A DNA stretch of 64,000 nucleotides from Eledone cirrhosa. Taxonomy: Eukaryota. The stretch covers positions 52,824,001-52,888,000 of the forward strand of contig OZ024744.1 of the NCBI GenBank assembly GCA_964016885.1, in the 5' to 3' direction. The translations under genes were made by a program, and so were the position numbers. The stretch's first letter is position 1. The number at the start of each line of letters is the position of its first letter. Below the pieces are notes generated by a model. That model ran no database searches, was not told the origin of the DNA, and was given only the letters and a program-made list of their open reading frames with translations. Shown one piece after another: positions 24,046-37,437 of this stretch.

Positions 24046-27000
24046 CATATATACATACACATACATACACACACACACATATACACACACACATTAATAA
24101 CAATAATAATAATAATAATAATAATACCAATAATAATAATAACGACAACAACAATAGTAATATTCGGCAACCAAAACATTCACTGGGAATAGTCGGCTGT
24201 GGTTGAAGTTCATGTACTTTTGCATGTCGCTTGAGCTCTCCTGCTGATTTACATTCTCTACCACATGTTTGGCAAGCATGATGAGTAGCATCTCCAACAG
24301 CAGCCTGGTAGTCAACCACTGGTCTTACTTTATGACTGCGAAGATGACTTTCGAGTCCAGCTTTGATTAGGCAGAGTCTCGCACAGACGCTGCATGTCAG
24401 CACCATAGGAGGACCCACGCCGTCTGGAAGTGCAACAGCAATGCCCTTCCTCACCTCCCGCTTTACTTTCTCGTGTGCGATTCGAGATGCCTCAAAGGCA
24501 ACTTTTCCCTCATATACAGTCTTTCTCCATTTATTACGATCAGCAGCAATATTTTCCCATGTATCAGCAGAGATGTTAGCGTCTTTCAGAGAGGCTTTCA
24601 AGGAATCCTTATACCTCTTTTTTGGTTTATGTGGCGGTCGTTTTCCTTTAACCAATTCTCCATAGAAGAGTTGTTTTGGTATTCTAGAATCCTTCATCCT
24701 GGCAAGGTGACCACTCCAACGGAGTCGTTGCTTAAGCACAAGAGCTTCTATACTGTCACACATAGAGCTTTCCAAAATCTCGACATCACTGATGTGGTCC
24801 CTCCAGTGAACGCCATGGATCCGTCTGAGACACATCTGATGGAAACGCTCCAATTGCTTAAGGTGGCGTCGATATGTGACCCAGGTCTCGCAGGCATAAA
24901 TAAGACAAGAGAGTACACATGCTCTGTACACCTTTACCTTTGTCCTCCTGCATATGTCTCGCCGACCCCAGAGTCACCTTTCTAGCTTTCCGAAAGCATC
25001 ACTTGCTTTCCTAATCCTAAGTGAGATTTCACTGTCAAGGTTGCCGTATCGATTGACAGTGCTTCCCAGGTAGACAAACTGATCAACCACTCCAAGTCGT
25101 CTGCCATACACATAGATGTTTGGTTCAGTGTACTGCTTACCAGGGGCAGGTTGGTACATGACGACGGTTTTCTTGAGACTAACAGTCAAACCCAGGGCAG
25201 TGCAAGCGTCAGAAAATGCATTCAAAATGTGCTGCATATCACTCTCTGTGTGCGCTACAAGATCGCAATCATCTGCATACAAGAGGTCTCTTATGACGGA
25301 TGTAAATACTTTTGTCTTCACAGCAAAGCGCCTGATGTTAAATATGCTGCCTGAGGTTCGATATCGGATGTAAACACCATGCTCGCAATTCTTGAATGCA
25401 ATACAGAAAACCATTGCAAAGTATATGGCAAACAGGGTCGGTGCTGGAATATCCCCCTGTTTCACTCCATTTTTTAATGAGATCGGCTCCGACATGTTAC
25501 CTCCGACATTAACCCAAGCCTTCATGTCGTCATGGAAAGACCTAACTAAAGCAAGGAACTTATCAGGGCAACCAAGTTTCTGGAGAACCTTCCATAATGC
25601 ATCTCTGTTGACAGTATCGAAAGCCTTTGTCAGATCGACAAAAACCTGATACAGATCCAAGCCCTGTTCAATGCACTTCTCCTGGAGCTGTCTAGCTGAG
25701 AAGATCATATCAGTAGTGCCGCGTCCAGCACGAAAACCAGATTGACTTTCACGAAGGACACAATCTGCAATGTGTGTCAGCAGACGGTCCAGAAGCACCC
25801 TACATAAAACTTTCCCTACGACAGAAAGCAATGATATACCTCTGTAGTTCCCACAATCATTCCTGTTACCCTTTCCCTTGTACAAGACCACCATTACTGC
25901 ATCTCTCCAGTCCTCAGGCACGGATTCATTAGCCCATATCCTTCCAAACAGAGAGTGAAGATGTTGCAGGAGTCTCTCACCACCATATTGTAGGAGCTCA
26001 GCATGTATGCCATCCATACCTGGAGATCTTCCACTGTTCAGCTTCGAAATAGCCACTGCAACCTCCACAAGCGTCGGAGGTTCTGCGAGAGCTACTTTCA
26101 CAGGACTTTCCGGAATGAGACTGAGGAAATCTTCACTGACGACAGACGGCTGATTCAAAAGATCATCAAAGTGCTCTCGCCACCTTCGTAGAATTCCCTG
26201 TGAGTCACGCAGAAGTTCTTTGCCATCCTTGCTGCGAATCGGTGTCACCAGAGAGGAAGACGGTCCATAAACCTCACGCAAGAGACTGTACAACAGCTTT
26301 GTGTTATTGCAATCAGCGCAGTTTGTATCTCACCAGCCTTCTCACTCCACCACTGATCCTTCATCTGATAAAGACTCCGCCTAACACGTGATTTTACATC
26401 CCTGAGCTCCTCATGCAACGTATTCCTCTCCTGTGGATTTGCCGTCAAGTAGCGTGACAGAGCACGCCTCTTATCAGCCAACAAGTCTTCTATATGTACA
26501 TCATTCTCATTAAACCAGTCCTGATGTTTTCTCTGCACCAATCCCAGAACACGTCTGCCTACATCATAAACCGACTTTTTAAGGGTCGGCCAATCCTCGC
26601 CAAGATCTGCAGCCTGCATCTCTTCTTCCAATGTCCTCTTCACATTTTTATCCTTAAGACGAGCAGCATTCAATCTTTTGTGCAGGGCCACACCAGGAGC
26701 CCGGATTTTACGTTTGGTGATTAGATTCACTTTTGCGCGTACCAGGCGTTGTCCGTCCAGCATTCAGCTCCACGAAGAACACGAACACACTGCACATCCT
26801 GTCTGTCACGCATCCTGACTAGGACGTAGTCCAAAAGATGCCATTCCTTAGATGCAGGATGCATCCATGTGGTCTTGAATTTGTTCTTTTGTTGGAACAT
26901 GGTGTTGGTAACACACAGATCCAGCTCCTCACACATCTGCAGCAAGAGCATACCATTGCTGTTACACGTTCCCACCCCATGCCTCCGATTACATTCCATG

Positions 27001-27679
27001 TGTTAAAATCCCTACCCACTCTAGCATTAAAGTCACCAAGCACGATGACTTTGTCTGCCTGAGGGATATTTCTTAGAACACCTTTCAAGGCATGGTAAAA
27101 GGACAGTTTTTCTTCATCGACAGAATTCATAGTTGGAGCATACACACTCACCAGGGTAGCATATCTTCCCTTGTCCAGCGGAACTCTCATGGACATAAGA
27201 CGCTCACTAATCCCTACTGGGAATTCTTCTAATTTATTCACCAGTACAGTCTTAACAGCAAATCCTACCCCAGCCTCTCTTCTGGTTCCTTCATCTCTTC
27301 CTTTCCAGAAGAATGTATATTCTCCACAAAATTCCGTAAGATGACCATCTCCAGCTAACCTCGTCTCAGATAAAGACACGATGTCAAGATCGTAACGTCG
27401 AAGCTCCTTTGCAACAAGAGCGGTCCTTCGTTCAGGACGCTCCAAAGAATCCCTGTCAAGCAGCGTCCGTACGTTCTAGTAGCCAAGACTAAATGCCCTG
27501 TTTGGCTCTATTACAATGGCACGATGACGGGCGGACCCAGGTTGTGATAACTTGGGGCCCCTGCCCTTATTGCCAATGATCTCTTTTGTTCCAGAACCCA
27601 AATTGGCAATTATCTCGTTTACATTGTTTTGGAACATCATTGAATTGGAAAAAAAAAAAAAAAAAAAAAAGTAATAATA

Positions 27680-27710
<31 letters not shown>

Positions 27711-28020
27711 TAGTACACTATTAATAATTATTAATGCACTCGTGCAATGCCTGTGCGTGACGAATATTTTTAAAGTGAGGAAAGACTGTGCACTGAGCCA
27801 ATCCCACTCTCTGAGCGACAGTAGCTATAACCCGAAAAGAAGAAAAGATCAACATCATCGGTAACTACTGAGCCGCAGGTTTTATATCGGAGTTAACCCA
27901 GTTTCCTGAGATGCCTTCTCCTAGAAGAATGCCCTGACAAGGGCTAGGGGTTCTTCACTCCCAGTGGTTTAACTGCGCGATCGGGCATCCAGCCCGATTA
28001 TTTCTATGTCCCCGCGCGCA
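23830..28020 (-). mobile_element. RTE-clade LINE, near full length, with AT-rich microsatellites separating the coding body from both terminal segments
   Basis: 5' module 28020-27720, coding body 27650-24165, 3' hairpin atggccatactcgataacgaggtggcagccatc at 23860-23830. Confidence 0.85.
24165..27480 (-). pseudogene. RTE ORF: APE endonuclease, RT, C2H2 zinc fingers; frameshifted
   Basis: LSETR, GDFNARVG, YRGISLLS, FVDLTKAFD, GVKQGD, LYADD, RLRWSGH, CSVC..GLESH, CQTC..LKRH. Confidence 0.9.
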
Positions 28021-29285
28021 AAAAAAAAAAAAAATCACTTATTGACACTTATACGTACGACATACACACACACGCATACATATGCGTGCACACAGCAACA
28101 CTCATACATACAACAAACACACACACACGCTACTCTACTCACTTACACGCACACACACACACATATATATATATATTACCGTCATTACTGATACAAGATT
28201 ACAAGATTATGTCAACTGTTGACTTTCAAGAGTTTGTATAGTTGAAGCCGATCGTATTACAGTCCAGTATTACTATAATTGCTTTACAGCATAGAGTTAT
28301 GGCTCTCCACGGAGTCAACAAAAGAGAGTACCAGTGATGCGCTGGGCCAGTCGCTGGATCCGTGCCAAAAGCAGAAAAATTATTATTAAAGTTGTTTTCT
28401 TAAGGCCAGATCGCTGGTGATGGTGATGGCGGCGGCAGTGGCGGTGGTGGTGGTGGTGGCAGTTGATGTTGTTGTTGTGTTGTGTGTGTGTGTGTTTTGT
28501 TATTTTGAGTTTTTTTTTTTTCCTTTCTTTTTTTGTTTTTTTTTCCCTTCCCCTTTTCTTTTTTCTTTTCCCTTCCTTTTTTTATGTTTTGATGCCGCTG
28601 TTGTTGTTGTTGTTGTAATTGTTGTAAATGTTCATTTCAGTTCATTCTGAAGCTGTTGTTGCTGTAAACATTAGTGCCGGTGTTGTTGTTGTTGTAGATG
28701 TTGGGGTTGAAATCTGGTTGTTTGACTGAGTGATGTATATACACACATATACATACACACACATATATATACATTCAACAGAGAGTAGAGAGTTTGACAA
28801 CAGGTCGATGACTTTAGTCTAGATAGGGTATGGTATGGTAATGACATGTGATGGTGTGGAGAGAGTGTAGACGTTATTGTGGTGGTGGGGACAGTGAGAT
28901 GTATCTAGTTCATTTGACCGTTTTCTTCTCTTAGCAAAATTTGAATTCTAGCCATGTTATATTGAGATGTAAGTAAATGTAAAATGTAAAATATAAATAA
29001 GGATTGCTCTGCTAAAATATACTAAAATATTTGTGTAACTTCCACAAACTTCTGTCGTGACATTCCCGAGTCCAGTGACCAAAAAATTGTTGTATTTTGA
29101 TGTTTCAGAATACAAAAATTAATTAAAAACTTACCCCACGAAAAGACAGCGTGTGTTGTCCTATCTATAAGCTCCCTTATATACATACATATATACATAC
29201 ATATATACATACATACATATATGCATACAAATATACATACATATATATACATACCTAAATACATACATACATACATACATATGCG

Positions 29286-30369
29286 GCTCAGCAGTATCGC
29301 AGTGAATCCATGGGTGAAAAACTGCATGCTTATCAGCAAAAAATCATACATGGATATGTTGCCGGGAAGCTCCAGAGTGAGAGTAATATAGATAAAGAAA
29401 GTAGTCTATCTTGGACCAACAACCGCTATATTGGCTCCCACTTTGAAGGATACGCTTTTGCAATCCAAGAACAGGAGATTAACACGAAATACCTGATTCA
29501 CAAAAGAGATAGGGATGAAGGCAAAACACCTAGATGTGATAACAAGTGCAGACTCTGCAGAACTATCATCAAGGATATCACCCATGTCATCAGCAGCTGT
29601 CCAAAGATGTTATCGTGGTACTATCTACCTATGAGGCATGATGTAGTGGCCAAAACACTGTACAATGCAGTTCGTAAAAAAGATAGCCCCGATAATAAAC
29701 ACATTAAAAGCTACAGCAATGTGGAAGACATCCATGTACATAATATGAAAGAGTACTGGTGGAATGTTCCAGTAAAAACCCCAATCAAATGCAAGCATAA
29801 CAGACCAGATATTATGATATGGGACAGGGAGAAGAAAACATGCACAGTAGTGGAAATTAACTGCCCAGCAGATGCCAATATAATATCAAAGATTAGTGAA
29901 AAGGAGAATATTTATGCAGAACTGATGAGAAATCTGCAGATACTCCACCCTGATTACACCTTCAGATTTATGCCTGTGATTATTGGGACACTGGGGTATA
30001 TTAGTAACTGCCTCAATACAAATCTTGAGAAGCTAGGCTTCACAGGAACAGAAAGAACACAACTAGTTACGAAATTACAAGTACAATCCATTAATGGAAC
30101 AGTAAAAATATGTAAAACATTCCAAACAATTTGCATTTAATAACTGCATATACACATGTACAGATACAAAGCAGATACACATGCACACGTACAACTCAAA
30201 ACATCCACATCCACACATACAATAACATCCATATCTACACATGCATGCAGACATACATATCTACCTAGTTGATATTGTGTAAATTCCAATGAGAGAGTCT
30301 TGTGTCTATGTTAGAAACCGACTCTCTCTCTATTGGTAAAACTTTGTGAAATTATAAAACCAGAAGAAC
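29286..30369 (+). mobile_element. Dong/R4 copy B; open 276-aa C-terminal ORF (29310-30140: zinc knuckle plus RLE)
   Basis: CRLC..HVISSC, RHD, RPDIMIWD; (CATA)n on both sides. Confidence 0.9.
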
Positions 30370-30681
30370 ATACATACATATACTAATTTAGTTGTGTTTA
30401 CACAAACAACATACGTGATACTTTTTGTAATGATAAGAGCGTGTATATATAGTAATATAGTTCGTTAGTTAAAATAACCGAATTTCAAAGTTTATACTTA
30501 GTATACTTAGTTCAGACACACATACACACATACACAGGCGCGCACACACACACACACATACGCGCGCGCGCGCGCATACGGAGACACAGACCCACACACA
30601 CAGAGCCAGACACACGCACCCACACACACACACAAACACACACACACACACACATACACACACATACACACACACATATAT

Positions 30682-30726
30682 ATACGAGCTGAGGATCCGC
30701 TAAGGTGAAACAATTGTTCTCGGTAT
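30682..30726 (+). ncRNA. Minimal type I hammerhead ribozyme
   Basis: atacgag-CTGAGGA-t-cc-gctaa-gg-t-GAAAC-aatt-GTT-ctcg(g)tat; helix III aacaattgtt is self-complementary. Confidence 0.78.
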
Positions 30727-30811
30727 GGTGAACTAACTGTCCCATGGACTGAGTGTTCTACCACTACGGATATTACCTTCCAGTGTTCCACCACGATATA
30801 AATATATATAA

Positions 30812-31025
30812 AAAGTGACAATAAAAATTAAAGCTTTTTGTAAACTTTATTCCATATTACAAATTTTCCATATCGATCAGCTCGGGTTTGATCATGCAAT
30901 CGGATCTCGACTCTTAATCGACACTTCTTCAGATATGAGAGTTTACATGGCTGGTGCCATCCAATTGTTTGTAATATACGTGTATAATAAAGTTTACAAA
31001 AATCTGCAATTCTTATTGTCACTTT
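30812..31025 (-). mobile_element. Fold-back element with hammerhead motif (30851-30940, minus)
   Basis: Arms aaagtgacaataa...tttttgtaaactttatt / aataaagtttacaaaaa...ttattgtcacttt; minus strand catat-CTGAAGA-a-gtgtcgat...atcgatat-g-GAAAA-ttt-GTA-atatg-g-AATAAA. Confidence 0.62.
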
Positions 31026-31044
31026 ATATACCTTTATATGCCTT

Positions 31045-32116
31045 TATATACTCTTTATGTACAAATATACCTTTACTTTATATAATTTATATACCTTTAT
31101 GTACAAATATACCTTTACTTTATATAATTTATATACCTTTATGTACAAATATACCTTTACTTTATATAATTTATTTACCTTTATGTACAAATATACCTTT
31201 ACTTTATATAATTTATATACCTTTATGTACAAATATACCTTTACTTTATATAATTTATATACCTTTATGTACAAATAGACCTTTACTTTATATAATTTAT
31301 ATACCTTTATGTACAAATATACCTTTACTTTATATAATTTATATACCTTTATGTACAAATATACCTTTACTTTATATAATTTATATACCTTTATGTACAA
31401 ATATACCTTTACTTTATATAATTTATTTACCTTTATGTACAAATATACCTTTACTTTATATAATTTATATACCTTTATGTACAAATATACCTTTACTTTA
31501 TATAATTTATATACCTTTATGTACAATATACCTTTACTTTATATAATTTATATACCTTTATGTACAAATATACCTTTACTTTATATAATTTATATACCTT
31601 TATGTACAAATATACCTTTACTTTATATAATTTATATACCTTTATGTACAAATATACCTTTACTTTATATAATTTATATACCTTTATGTACAAATATACC
31701 TTTACTTTATATAATTTATATACCTTTATGTACAAATATACCTTTACTTTATATAGTTTATATACCTTTATGTACAAATATACCTTTACTTTATATAATT
31801 TATATACCTTTATGTACAAATATACCTTTACTTTATATAATTTATATACCTTTATGTACAAATATACCTTTACTTTATATAATTTATATACCTTTATGTA
31901 CAAATATACCTTTACTTTATATAATTTATATACCTTTATGTACAAATATACCTTTACTTTATATAATTTATATACCTTTATGTACAAATATACCTTTACT
32001 TTATATAATTTATATACCTTTATGTACAAATATACCTTTACTTTATATAAGTTATATACCTTTATGTACAAATATACCTTTACTTTATATAATTTATATA
32101 CCTTTATGTACAAATA
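31045..32116. repeat. 42-bp minisatellite, about 25 highly homogeneous units
   Basis: Unit tacctttatgtacaaatatacctttactttatataatttata. Confidence 0.95.
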
Positions 32117-32189
32117 GACCCACCTTGAACCTGGAACATAACCCACCGAGAGACGGACACGGTAACAACATTGAGTGTATATATATATA

Positions 32190-32380
32190 GTTGTTTCTAC
32201 TTTTGTCACAAGGCCAGCAATTAAACCAGAGTATTACTGGTACTTTATTTCATCGACACCGTAAGGATGGAACGCAAAGTTAACCTCGTTAGGATTGGAA
32301 CTCAGACCATAAAGGGCCGTAACTCTTTGCTATAAAGCATGGTGTCAGACCCTCTACCGTTACTGCCAGTCCACCGCCAA
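32190..32380 (-). mobile_element. tRNA-derived SINE
   Basis: Reverse complement of the 61258-61490 type. Confidence 0.75.
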
Positions 32381-32489
32381 TAAATCAATCCCTCTCTATA
32401 ATTTAAATGCTTTACTCTACGTCTCTCTTCACTATATGACAACACTCTTTTACTTTCCGTATCTACCTTCAATATATCAATATATACCC

Positions 32490-32770
32490 AGGTTCTGCTG
32501 CACGTCGGGACGAGGGGACAAACTCCTCAAATACCGGTCGCTCTCCGACAGGTTTGCGGTCGCACCCCTGGCAGTGGAGACTTCTGGTGTCCTCGGCCCC
32601 AGGGCTACCTCATTACTCACCACCATAGGCGCTGAGCTGGCCAGCCGCACGTGTGAGCCCCGCGAGTTGGAGTGGCTTTTCCAGCGCGTCTCCCTTGCCG
32701 TCCGCCGAGGAAACGCCCTCTCCATTCTGTCTACCGGGGCTGTGGGTGGGCCCCATCGCGTACCGTTGTA
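32490..32770 (+). mobile_element. 3' fragment of a CRE-like RLE non-LTR retrotransposon
   Basis: KLLKY..L...PLAVETSG.LG...LFQRVSLAVRRGNA motif; GC-rich; tiny related piece at about 50190-50227. Confidence 0.7.
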
Positions 32771-33177
32771 GTTGTTGTATACAGATATTAACTGAAAATC
32801 CCATTATTTATATAATATATCAACATAGAGATGAGCGTCGTATGTATGTTTATTTCAAAAGTATAACCTCCTTCAAATTCGGTCAACACAAAAGCAGGTA
32901 AAACATACATAAAAAGGTAACCCTCTTAGAGAGACAGAGAGTGGAAGAGACAGATTAGGAAAACTACACACACACATCTACAGAGAGAGACAGACAAACA
33001 GAGGGCGGGGAAAAGAGAGGGATATGCCGTTAGACAGAGAGAGATACAATTAAAGTGTTAGTTATTCAGAGAGAGAGTGAGTCGGAAGGACAATGCGACA
33101 CGGGAGGGTGTGTGGTGTCTTTGCGGTGGAGTGGTGGAGGCAGGTATACTTAGCCGGTGCCAGCCGGACGGGCCACT

Positions 33178-33272
<95 letters not shown>

Positions 33273-33295
33273 GTATATATGTATATATATATATG

Positions 33296-33520
33296 TATCA
33301 GGTCACACTTCAGTGCTACTGGTAACATGTAAACCAGTACAACCTGTCACATGGTCGGGTCGTCGGCGACTAAACTGGCAACCCCACCAAGTTTACTTGG
33401 CGAGGAGGGGGATTTTGTCCTGCAGGACGAAAAACAAAACCTGATAAAGTGCGGAAGAACTGATTAGAGTCAACAGCCATCCAAAAGTGTGTAAATATGT
33501 ATATACACATGTACATATGT
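33296..33520 (+). repeat. ~220-bp dispersed structured repeat; second copy at 46976-47195
   Basis: agtgctactggtaacatgtaa...ggtcgggtcgtcg...gtcaacagccatc..aaagtgtgtaaatatg shared by both copies. Confidence 0.75.
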
Positions 33521-33551
33521 ATGTAGTATGTATATACGTGTGTATATGCCT

Positions 33552-33745
33552 GGGGTGTCAGGGAGGGGCATGTACCTCTGTAGGAGGCGGGGGGCGCTAG
33601 CCATGCTCGTTTCAGGACAGCTCATCCTGCATTGGGTTCCACCTGACACTCAGCTCTCACCTGTGGCCCCAAGAAGCTGTAGCATGCGACAGCGGTCACA
33701 CCCCGGTAAACCGCCTTGGCTGGCGGGCCGAACCAGGTTGAGGGT
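33552..33745 (+). ncRNA. HDV-like self-cleaving ribozyme fold at the RTE 5' end
   Basis: P1 ggggtgt(33552-58)/acacccc(33698-704); P3 ggc/gtc; L3 cc pairing with gg (33705-06); P4 ccgcc/ggcgg; J4/2 ..cgaa; P2 ctcacctg/cagg(t)tgag. Confidence 0.68.
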
Positions 33746-36242
33746 AGCCGGACGGGTCTGAAACCCCCCGGTGAGTTAGATAGGTGATGCCTGCCCCTGC
33801 ATGCGAAGACTGGACCCGGCGGAGTGAGTGGAGGAGGACAACATTGTCCCAACAGTTACGAAGGCGGCGACAGCAAACGGTGTGGAGCGCTAGGGCACGG
33901 CAGGGCACTACAGACGTCGTTCCCATCCACTGCAGCCAAGGAAGTCCCTGGTCGTGACGGTGCTCCGTACCACTTGATTCTGGCTTCTGTGGCCGAGTGA
34001 GTGGGACCGTCACTGTCCGCTGGCCCTCCCACTATAAGCCTTTCTCGCACAGGTTTCTTCTTTAGCGTGCACTCCCAAAGCCCTTCGGCAATAGGCGAAA
34101 GGTGGGGGTAACAGGTGGAGGTAAACTCTGGGAGTTGCCAGTCTGAAACCCACTCAGGCGTTCTGAGCAGCCCTTTTCAGGGAAGCACTTCTCACTCTCG
34201 CACGAGGGGAGGGGCGTAAATGGAGCCCTAACCAAATGCTCGACCCACACAAAGCCGGCTAGTCTACCGCTGCTGGCGGTTTTACCCTTCCATGCGGTCG
34301 AAACCAACATAGTAGAAATAACTTGATTCTTGGCGCATGGAATGTGCGCACCCTCATGGAGAGGGAAACCTCCTTGAGGCCAGAGAGTAGAACTGCCCTC
34401 ATAGCGAGGGAATTAGCTCGCTACCGGATCGACATAGCCACCCTCAGCGAGACTAGACTCGCCGAAGAAGGATCCGTAGCAGAACCGAAAGGAGGCTACA
34501 CCTTCTTCTGGAAGGGCGATGCAAAGTACGAGGACAGAATCCACGGGGTAGGCCTGGCCATCAGGACTTCACCTGTGAGTGAGCTACTGATGAAGCTCCG
34601 CTTACACCTCGACCCATCTCGGCATGCCACGGTCATCAGCAGCGATGAAGCAAAGGACGCTTTCTAAGGGGAACTCAACGCACTCGAGAAGGGCGTCCCC
34701 CAAGCGATAAACCCATCCTACTGGGGTACTTCAACGCAAAAGTCGACTCTGTCAACAGCAACTGGAGAGGCGTGATGGGACCTGCCTGAGGCCCAGTGTG
34801 GGTTCCGCCCAAACAGCAGCACGATCGACATGATCTTCTCTGTACGCCAGGTGCAGGAGAAGTGTGTCGAGCAGAACATGGAGGACCTCTTTGCCGTCTT
34901 CATAGACTTGACGAAGGCCTTCGCCACTGTCAACAGGGAAGCCCTCTGGTCGATCCTGTCGAAGTTTGGATGCGCGAAAAAGTACGTGAACCTGATATGC
35001 AATTACAAGATGACATGACCGGGCAGGTGCGCTCTGGCGGAGAGGCACCGGAGCCTTTCGGAATCACCAACGGCGTTAAGCAAGGATGCGTGCTGGCTCC
35101 CGTCCTGTTCGACCTGTTCTTCACCTGCGTGCTCAATCATGCCGTCAGGGACCTCGAGCATGGAATGTATCTGCGATACAGACTGGACGGCTCCCTGTTT
35201 GACCTGCGGCGCCTGACGGCCAAGACAAGGACTGTGCAGAGGATCGTCCTGGAGGCACTTTTTGCTGACGACTGTGCCCTCATGGCCCACAGGGAGTCTG
35301 ACCACCAAGTCATCGTCAACAAGTTCGCGGAGGCCTCCTGCCTCTTCGGTCTCACAATTAGCCTTGACAAGACTGAGGTCCTGTTCCAGCCTGCACCTGC
35401 CTCCCTCACACACCCTCCTTCCATCTCCATCGGAGGTATCCAGCCAAAGACGGTGGACGACTTCAAGTACCTCAGCAGTGTCATCAGCAGCGATGGAAGC
35501 CTCGACGAGGAGATAAATGCCAGGATCTGCAAGGCCAGTCAAGCCCTTGGCAACGTGAGGACACTCATCCTTAACCAGCACCACATCAGGCAGTCCACCA
35601 AGCTCAAGGTGTACAGGGCCGTTGTTCTCACCAGCCTCCTCTACGGATGTGAGACATGGACCCTGTACAGAAGGCACCTGAAGCAGCTGGAACGGTTCCA
35701 CATGCGAAGTCTGCGGTCAATCATGAACATCAAATGGCAGGACAAGGTCTCCAACCTCGAAGTTCTTGACATGGCTGAGACAACCAGTGTCGAAGCCATG
35801 ATACTGAAGAGCCGACTTCGATGGGTGGGTCATGTCATCCAGATGGACGATCACAGGCTTCCGAAGTAACTGATGTATGGGGAACTCTGTTCGGGGAAAC
35901 GAAAGCGGGGCAGGCCTCTCAAGAGGTTCAAAGACTGCGTGAAGTCTAGTATCAACAACACTGGAATCGCCCCAAAACAACTCGGGTCCCATGCTCAGGA
36001 CAGGACTGAGTGGCGAGACCTTACCAGACGCACCAAAGACTCTTCTGAAGAGAAGAAACAGGAAGATGTCACTGAGGCCCGTGAAAAGAGGAGAAAGCCC
36101 CAAGCGACTCCGGTCTCTTCCCCTGCACCCACTGTCCCCGGACCTCCAAGTCAAGGATCGGCCTCTACAGCCACCTTCGTGCCCACGGCAGACGGGAACT
36201 AAAATAAAGATGTCATCATCGTTTACGATGGACAACAAAGAA
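33552..36242 (+). mobile_element. RTE-clade LINE (BovB/AviRTE-like 5' UTR), both ends present, internally deleted
   Basis: GAWNVRTL..RTALIARELARY..LSETR (34323), GVKQGCVLAP, LFADD, RLRWVGH; EN joined directly to RT near 34780; 3' hairpin gtcatcatcgtttacgatggac. Confidence 0.9.
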
Positions 36243-36312
36243 TATATATATATATATATATAAATCAGGAAAGAAGGTTTACATGGTTTGCTATACAAAA
36301 AAGTTTTTAATC

Positions 36313-36427
36313 ACATAGCTTACATTTGTTTCACTGAACTGGTCTGTCTAGAGATCGCTATCCGCCTAATTTTGCGTCATTCGATCGCCAATACAGAATT
36401 ATAACCAGTCAGATCTTCGGAGCATGC
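36313..36427 (-). ncRNA. Hammerhead motif in Penelope pseudo-LTR, left arm
   Basis: Mirror of 37780-37894. Confidence 0.62.
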
Positions 36428-36782
36428 GAGAATGAAGAAAATACACAGGCAAGTAAAGAAAAGAAAATATGGAGTAGTTATGGCATTCAATAAGAACAAT
36501 AACAACAACAATTATTACAACAATGCTATCAATAAACTATTTAAGGAGACCCTGACATTACTTAGGTGGGGGGTATATAATGTATCTAATGTTACGGCGT
36601 GAAAATCAGCTGTCATAAGGCAAAAAGTATCGTAGTGTGTATCAATTTTAAATTATAAAGATAAGCTAGTTTTTACAGTCTTTCTCTTCATCTTCAACAG
36701 TATACATGAGTGGGACCACTGTCAAAGCTCAATAGTTGTAGAGTTAATACAGAGGTTAACGAATTAATATACGCATATATCT

Positions 36783-36843
<61 letters not shown>

Positions 36844-37362
36844 AATATATATACACATATATGTGTACATAGACACATACATACACATCAATATACACTC
36901 GTACAAAAATATACATACATGCAAAGAGAAAAGCGTGCTTATTGTAGTTATGGCAAAAAGAAGGTAAAGTAACATTGTAGTAGTGAAATGAGAAAAACTA
37001 GGATCTAGGATCAAATGATTGCAGCAGCACCTCCGTGAATCGAACCAACATAACATAGCTTTAAATTAGGATACCTACTACCCACAGAAATATATTCATT
37101 AAGTATACTATATCCTTCACAAGTCTATACCACACAATTGTCTGTAAATACCTCATCTACCAACAATCTTACTCCTTCTCAGCTGCTGCAATCATTTGAT
37201 CCTAGATCCTAGTTTTTCTCATTTCACTACTACAATGTTACTTTACCTTCTTTTTGCCATAACTACAATTAGCACGCTTTTCTCTTTGCATGTATGTATA
37301 TTTTTGTACGAGTGTATATTGATGTGTATGTATGTGTCTATGTACACATATATGTGTATATT

Positions 37363-37437
<75 letters not shown>

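Noticed and set aside
31045-32116. CRISPR-like array or repeat protein ORFs
   Set aside because: No unique spacers; ORFs result from a 42-bp stop-free unit; eukaryotic context
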